Shown: positions 63,288 through 64,000 of the stretch, piece after piece
Position numbering within the stretch: position 1 is the first letter of the stretch
Layout: every line of letters begins with the position of its first letter
Origin: an uncultured Dorea sp.
GTDB lineage: Bacteria; Bacillota; Clostridia; Lachnospirales; Lachnospiraceae
DNA length: 64,000 bases
Reading direction: 5' to 3'
Assembly: GCA_934294775.1 (NCBI GenBank)
Contig: CAKRAH010000009.1
Span: 510-64,509 of the forward strand
The notes under the pieces: generated by a model
The model's input: only the letters and a program-made list of their open reading frames with translations
The model's database searches: none
What the model was told of the DNA's origin: nothing
Program-made: the position numbers and the translations under genes

Positions 63288-63839
63288 TTAGTTTTCAACC
63301 GGACATTTCCATTCTTCCCACTTTTTAGGAGTCCATCCATCAGGAACATCATAGTCGTCAAGGCTTCCGTTCATCTTGCGATAACCAATCCGCATCTTAC
63401 TGATCCGCCAGATTCCGTCCTCACATTTCCGGAAATCATTACAGTAGATGGAGAATCCTTCGACCGTATGATCAGAGTAAGAATTATTATCTTCATAGAG
63501 GAAGATTCCACGGGCATGTGTACCATCCATCAGCCAGATGAGAGGATTGTGGCTCATATGCATGGTCATCATATTGCGGTTGACATACTTAGAACGGAGC
63601 GCCTGATCTTTGGGAACTACAGGATTTTCCGTAAAACACCGGTAAGTAAAATCCTCTGTAAAAAGATCACAGACATATTCCTCCTTTTTCATATCCATAG
63701 ACCAGTAGTAAAAATACTGCGCATCAAGAATACGCTGGCGTTCACATAATTGTTCCGGAGTATAAGTCTGCTGACGGACCTGCTTCATCGTTTCGATGAC
63801 AAGCTTTTGAATAGTAGAATCCTGTTTTAAAATTTTCAT
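63288..63839 (-). CDS. NTF2-like / SnoaL-family protein (BaiE-like by remembered motifs)
   Basis: 183 aa with AAGGAGG RBS. The segments MHMSHNP, GIFLYED and ...CEDGIWRISKMRIGYRKM resemble the SnoaL_4/BaiE-type dehydratase fold. This assignment is from memory, not from a search. Confidence 0.5.
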   Translation of the reverse strand: MKILKQDSTIQKLVIETMKQVRQQTYTPEQLCERQRILDAQYFYYWSMDMKKEEYVCDLFTEDFTYRCFTENPVVPKDQALRSKYVNRNMMTMHMSHNPLIWLMDGTHARGIFLYEDNNSYSDHTVEGFSIYCNDFRKCEDGIWRISKMRIGYRKMNGSLDDYDVPDGWTPKKWEEWKCPVEN

Positions 63840-64000
63840 TAAGAAAGCCCTCCTTTTGCATTATTCGGCTTGTCAATAAGTATCGATTGTTTATTTGTAC
63901 AGGCATAAACGAATTGATATTTTTGACGTTTACATCAAGTTATAATTATTGTAACAGATGTGGGAAAAAGAAAAGATACAAAAAATGGGAAAAAGCTATC

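Noticed and set aside
63243-63749. 168-aa + strand ORF
   Set aside because: It is antisense to the NTF2-like gene, which has a strong RBS and recognisable fold motifs. It also begins inside the inverted-repeat terminator.

Overview
This is a 64-kb chromosomal segment that looks like a spore-forming Firmicute (Clostridia, Lachnospiraceae-like). That assignment is an inference from gene content: alpha/beta-type SASP, AddAB, FtsEX-M23-CtpA, pyrK/pyrD type B. I support about 60 CDS, and nearly all are on the + strand; the exceptions are an AraC regulator and the coaBC / small ORF / NTF2 genes near the 3' end. Most of the window is housekeeping: eno(3' end)-secG-rnr-smpB, tmRNA (ssrA), hisHF, ung, hflX, dapF, addBA, ftsEX, pyrF-pyrK-pyrD ... 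pyrE, purE-M-N-D, clpC, radA and coaBC. I saw no rRNA, tRNA, CRISPR array, transposase, integrase or prophage genes. The most interesting region is 6.9-15.2 kb, an ApbE-centred cluster. It encodes a lipoprotein FMN transferase, a protein with four FMN_bind domains, a small membrane-anchored FMN_bind protein and a NapH-like polyferredoxin membrane protein. It also encodes a ~1260-aa wall-sorted giant protein with an N-terminal FMN_bind domain and duplicated uncharacterised central domains. I read this as a putative multi-flavin extracytosolic electron conduit with unknown donor and acceptor. The second notable signal is a dispersed ~44-nt hairpin repeat family. It has nine same-strand copies at six gene-3' loci, and its substitutions are wobble-compatible or compensatory. 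Other observations:
- an Amt-PII fusion gene behind a leader with two terminator-like hairpins
- a tandem YhgE/Pip pair inserted between pyrD and pyrE
- a PadR-DUF1700-DUF4097-PspC envelope-stress-like module with a striking Asp/Trp periodic tract
- a GntR regulator in place of CtsR upstream of clpC
- several perfect inverted repeats at promoters and start codons

All protein family calls come from reading the translated ORFs for motifs. No database search was run.
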